Assembly (NCBI RefSeq): GCF_964204645.1
Contig: NC_134035.1
Span: 1,860,001 to 1,924,000 of the forward strand
Source of the DNA: Tubulanus polymorphus
Taxonomy: Eukaryota; Animalia; Nemertea
Direction: 5' to 3'
Length of the DNA: 64,000 nucleotides
Below are positions 58,773-64,000 of the stretch, piece by piece. The position numbers were made by a program, and so were the translations under genes. The notes below the pieces were generated by a model. The model saw only the letters and a program-made list of their open reading frames with translations. It did not search any database and was not told the DNA's origin. Every line of letters begins with the position of its first letter. Within the stretch, counting starts at the first letter, position 1.

Positions 58773-61700
58773 GTAAGTTTTATTTACGATGTAAATATTA
58801 TGTATATATGTGTGTACAACAACGGTGTCGTGTAATAAAACAAGTTTCGAGAAAAGATGCTTTAGGAGTTAATAATAGATTTGCCCCAGAGCGAAAATGG
58901 TTGATACCCGATCATAACAATGTTGAATCGTACGCGATGGATCACTCTCAGTCAGTGGCTGACTGACTGACTCACAATGGCTCCGTCTAGAGCTTCGTAA
59001 ATGAAGTGGAATCGAGTATATGTTTATTTTCGGATTCCTATCTCTGGGGCAATAGAATGAATAGGTTCCCACCTTGTTTCACAAACGAAAGTATTCTATT
59101 AACAGATCAGCCTTTTTTCTATTTAGAAAAATTCACCTCAGGTTTTTAACACGAGTGATAATACCTGAGTATCCATTGAATAGCGAACAGAGACATTTTT
59201 ATACAATTATATATATACATAGGCCTATGATTTGTATATGTTCGAACATTATGCCATATGTGGCTCATTACTGACACAGACGACACAACGTGCCGACATC
59301 GGCATGTATGGCAAAATGCCAGTGGGGACTCGTTAAATAAGGGTCGCCTTATCGTTAATTAAACCCACTCGAATTACGTATAAAACGTATATATGTACAG
59401 CTGCAGCAATTTGACCAAGTATTATATCGAAAATAACGTTGAGTTTGAAAAAGGAATCACGTTGAATTACTTTGAAAATTAAAAAAAAAACAAATGTTGT
59501 TGAGAATGGTTTTATTTTTGTCTCTTAAAACGTGTTTGTTTTGATCCGTGAGGCCGTTTGTAGAAGGGATATTTATCCTATTTGTTGCTTTCGAAGATAG
59601 TGGCAATTTCCGTCAATCGATACGCTGACCGTTGTTGACCGTTATTCGCGACACAATACATGAGTGCTCTAGGACGGTAAACAATCTTAGGGTACAAATA
59701 CACTTTTCACTGTACTGCACTTAGATCAACTATAGAGAAAAATGAATAAACTAAAAAAACAGGAAGAAAGAACGGGTCTGTTTTGGTTTTATTTTCCACG
59801 CATGTATGCTTGAATTTTTAACTATAGAAAATAGAACAATGTGGCAATAAATTATAATTGTGTTGAATTTGTCCGTCCTGTGGTCCGCACGAACGCGCGC
59901 ATTGAAGTGTGGAGCCGTAGTGAACCAGGAAGTGAAAAACTTTGAAAATTCACGTTTTATCAAATTTTACCGGGTTTTAATCATATATCAAGGCGTGAAC
60001 GGGCATGCTTTTTGTTTTGTAGATCAGGTGAGATATTATAAGGCGATAATCTGTCGTTTGAACGAGTGTTTTACTTCCTGAACTCGCCCGTAACCTCCTG
60101 GTGTAGTTAGTCTGTGTATTGTCTGTTAAGTTACCTAGAGACATAAAATGTTGATTCATAGGAATGCTTTTCGTAGCGTTTCGTTTCACACCGAGATACT
60201 AAACTAGTCGTAGTCTCTCCACTTGATACACGGTAATTCTAATATTATTGGCCTAATCTTACATCATGATTGCCTTGTTCCTTACCGTAAAACCATATGG
60301 AACATCAGTGTGCAAAAATGTAACACGGTATGTTGATATTTTACTTTTAATCGGATAGGTGAATAGATTTGTTTTATCAGGTCAGGTCAGTGCTTTAAAA
60401 GTGGGAAATAGGTGTCATCAGTGTCAGGAATAGAATCTAAAGACAGATTTATGTTTAAGCTAATGAGGCCTTATAGTTGCCGGAGTTGCTCTTCCAGAAA
60501 TTTTGGAAGTCCTTTTTTTGATAGAGCATATAAGAAGAATGGTTATATCAGTATTTTTTCAAGGTAACGGCCCTTTTTGGATTTTTCTGCCTCCAATATT
60601 CAAATACTAGAGGTACGCTACGGCCCTGGATAATGGTTACATTTCATGGAACCATTGCATCAGAAGTTAAATCTACCAGTTTTTAAGCGCACTCCCTGAA
60701 ATCATTGGGACGGAAGAAGCATAAGTAGATTAACCTTGCTGAAATGTAACCTTTTAGTCGTGGGTAGTCGTCGCGGAAATATACAGGTTGATATCCTACT
60801 CTACAATCGCGAGTGCGCCCTCAATTGCCACGAGTAGAATTCTAACTTGTCGTCGCATCTTCAAGTAGGTAGCTGAATGGAGTCGGTGATTGGCGCCGAA
60901 TATGATTATTTTACTGATCCGATATAGCTGCGAGCCCTCTCTCCGGCGCGCTCTCCGTCCTGTGTCACGAGAATGCTTGATTTTTATTTTCACTCTATAA
61001 ATGATGCGATGATGATGATGATTTCGTTGCAGCGTTGTTTTTCCGGTGGCTAGTCGCTTGCATTAACCGCAAAATCATGAGCGTTCAACGTTCTTGTATG
61101 TATAATAGCTATCATACATAATATATACATCATATATATATATATAAAAAACATATTTATCGAAGCTTCATTGATTATGAAAATCATGCTTTTTCTGAAA
61201 TTTAATAATAAGTGCTATACATCATTCCCCATGCTGAGAAAAAAAATTTTTTTGTTTGCGACGCGATCGGTCGAGGTTGGTCACGGCGCATTGCAGGAAA
61301 GATTAAATGTGCGACGCTTTGTGACTGACATCGCTGGGCATATAGGTCAAATGGCCATTGCTACCCAATTGTCTCTGGTTGTTACAGAGAATCTAGGAGC
61401 CGGCAATCGCGAGGCCAACCTACTTCCGACTTTGAAAGTGATCACTCACTGTGCTACAATGTCTTCCAGTCAAGTAATGATGCCATATTGAAACCGGTCA
61501 AATGCAAAATGTGATCTTCTACATGCCTGTATTTGGCTTGTTGCCAACTGTGATGGTCAATTATATTATGATTCACATGTACAGCCTAGCTTATTCCAAA
61601 TATATACCATCCGCGATATATCTATCTATCTATTCAAACATTCTAGTAGTTCGATCCATTTTGTGAAGCCTCATACAGCCTCATCATGGTACCAGTATTT

Positions 61701-64000
61701 ACCTTTCATTGCATGTAGAAATACGAAAAATTGTCAGTTACGCATGAATAGAGTCTGATTATTGTTTTGCTCTTTCGATTTGATATTTATTTCTTATCAG
61801 CGCGGTTTACAAATAAAACAGGATCCACAGTTGTGAGTTTAAGGTCAACCCTCGAGTTAGTGGGTCAAATCTAAACTCGGGGTCCAGTTTCACAAAAAGG
61901 TTTATCTCTTAAATCGATTTAATTTCTTCATTAATTCAGTTTATCTCTTAAATCGGTTTAGGCTTTAATCCTTTTTGTGAAACTGGGCCCAGAACTGTGG
62001 AACTGAGTCCAGGGCTATAACGGCGCTATAGTCGAATCGTGTTTACTTTTCATGTAGTTTTTTTTTAAAACAATTATGTTCATTGCGTACTGTGTTAATC
62101 GATATAACTGCACTCAGTTATTTCCGTTAAATGTCATAAGTGTCGTCGAATATAGTTTACAGAGCTTTCATTGCGTGAAATCAGAGTCGCACGTACCATG
62201 GTAGGTACATTATTCTGAAAACAATCGGAATCTGTTTCAAAACGCTTTCAAAATTCGATCCGTTCTTTGCTGACGGGTTTTTATTTTCTAAACTCATCGA
62301 ATGACATCGATTCGATTCTTGCTCGGGTCGTTAGCCGTACAATGCTGATAATTTGTCACAGTGCTGGAGGGTGAAGGGAAAATGTTAAAGGTATAATATC
62401 TCTATAGCCTTTTCACTATTTGTTGACCGCGTTATTCATTCAATGATTACCATAATGAAATTAGGATGTAATTAGGCCTACGGCCGAACAACTAATCAAT
62501 CTAACAACTAATCAATCTATCTATATACTGGTAATGGATACATTTCAATTCACCGCTCTAGTAGTTCTCTGATTTATTGCGATGTGAGCTTTTTACTGAA
62601 CGATCGAAACGCGATAAATCTGTGCTCGTGGTCATCAACTTTTTCCGGTGAAGCCCAAACTCATTTTAATGATTTTCTGACAAATATGACTGTTAAAACC
62701 GATAGTTCATTAAATCTAGCTGCTTTATAAGTCGAATTTAAACTCGCTAATGTAGAACTGGGTCCAAATATTTTTCATTTGGGTTAAAAGTTAAAAGGTT
62801 CCAAGAAATAACAAAAATATTTTTTTTATGTGGAAAGTGTGCGACCCCTGTAACACTACTTCGCTGATAGTGACACATCACGAACACCTGGACACCAGAG
62901 TTCAGCATTCGGCATTGTTATTAGCACACGCACAGCACAGTGTATTATCATATCACAATGTACACAGAGAATACATTTATAATGCAAAAATTAAAAGATG
63001 GCGATCATCAGTTTATTTAGGAAATGTAGGTTATTACGATTGCGTTGGAATACATTGTACATAGCCTGTATATAGCGCGTACGTCGATGTTCCTGGATGT
63101 TATCTAAAAAAAGCCGTGTAGAAGTGCCTTGTAAACTTCCGGTTTGATGTTATTATGGAGAATGGTGGCAATGATTTCAGGTTAGAGCGAGGAGGTTTTC
63201 GATGATGTGTGTTCTTAAAAAACTCGGGATATTTTGACGAAACGCGGCGACGATTTCGGGATATCAATGACATTAATCGTTGGGTGCATATTGAATAAAG
63301 CACCTGGAGCTGTAGTTGTAGTATTAGATAGGTTAACATCGACACCGAATCAATATGTTATATACCGCCGCGATATAACACAACTACATTTCTAGTATCG
63401 TTTTTAGTAAGGTATATAGGTAATGTTTGGACATGGATTGTCACCGTTTTTGAGTCCGTGGTGTTCGAACGTAAAGCTATGTCACGTTCTAATTGTAGCT
63501 CATCCGGCGTATTAGTTTGTCGAAGAGAGATTTAGGGGCTTATTTTTAAACATAAAATCCTGCAATTGCCGAATGACTTTAAAAGGTAAAATTCGAAAAT
63601 ATTCGAAGTTCCTACCATCATTCTTTAGTTTATGATGATATGACTCTTAAGACTGATATATCATTCGCAACTGAAGAAGGGTAAATTGTAAGTTAGCCGA
63701 AATTTTTCAAAAAGTTTTGAAAAATAAGTCATTCAACAATTGTGGGATTTTACGGTTATCGTTTTATCACTGATATTGTGATCTACACTGATTCTGATCA
63801 GGCGTTATTCGTCGCGAAGACTTTATCCACCGTAGAGACTCCAGATCATAACTTAGCAAATGTGGAAACAGTTGTTCTCTATGGGCGATATATTATAATA
63901 GTAAGTGCGCCCGTCTGCTGCTGCGGTGATGTTCAGTATAGTTTAGTTCTATTGTTATTTTAAACCCGTAGACAACGGTTTCGTAGAGAGATCAACATTC

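Noticed and set aside
56559-64000. Short ORFs in the last 7 kb
   Set aside because: They show no recognisable domains, consistent exon phase or coding-like composition, so they are treated as intergenic or intronic.

Overview
AT-rich, intron-rich animal genomic DNA with GT-AG spliceosomal introns. It is probably from an invertebrate; the species cannot be determined from the sequence. The ORF track mostly shows exon fragments, so I rebuilt the genes by hand from splice sites and reading phase. In order the window holds: the 3' part of TGFBRAP1/VPS3 (+, 11 exons), a complete TTC17 (+, 27 coding exons), V-ATPase subunit C (-, 11 coding exons, CLEAR-type motif at its promoter), an intronless UDP-glycosyltransferase (-), a complete MYRF (+, 21 exons, autocleavage dyad intact), an intronless orphan class A GPCR (+), a 4-exon secreted protein with three fibronectin type II modules and 17 NNGANNGQAG repeats (+), and a probable uORF-rich first exon of an unidentified gene near 58.5 kb. 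Introns and UTRs are dense with MITEs (Harbinger-, piggyBac-, Tc1/mariner- and hAT-like), a tRNA-derived SINE, a very short solo LTR and several minisatellites. The most notable items are the FN2x3/Asn-Gly repeat protein, a minimal hammerhead ribozyme inside a Penelope-like insertion with a 15-bp TSD (plus decayed paired copies in MYRF introns), a triplicated splice donor in TTC17, and a perfect 81-bp palindrome. Gene identities come from recalled family motifs, not database searches.
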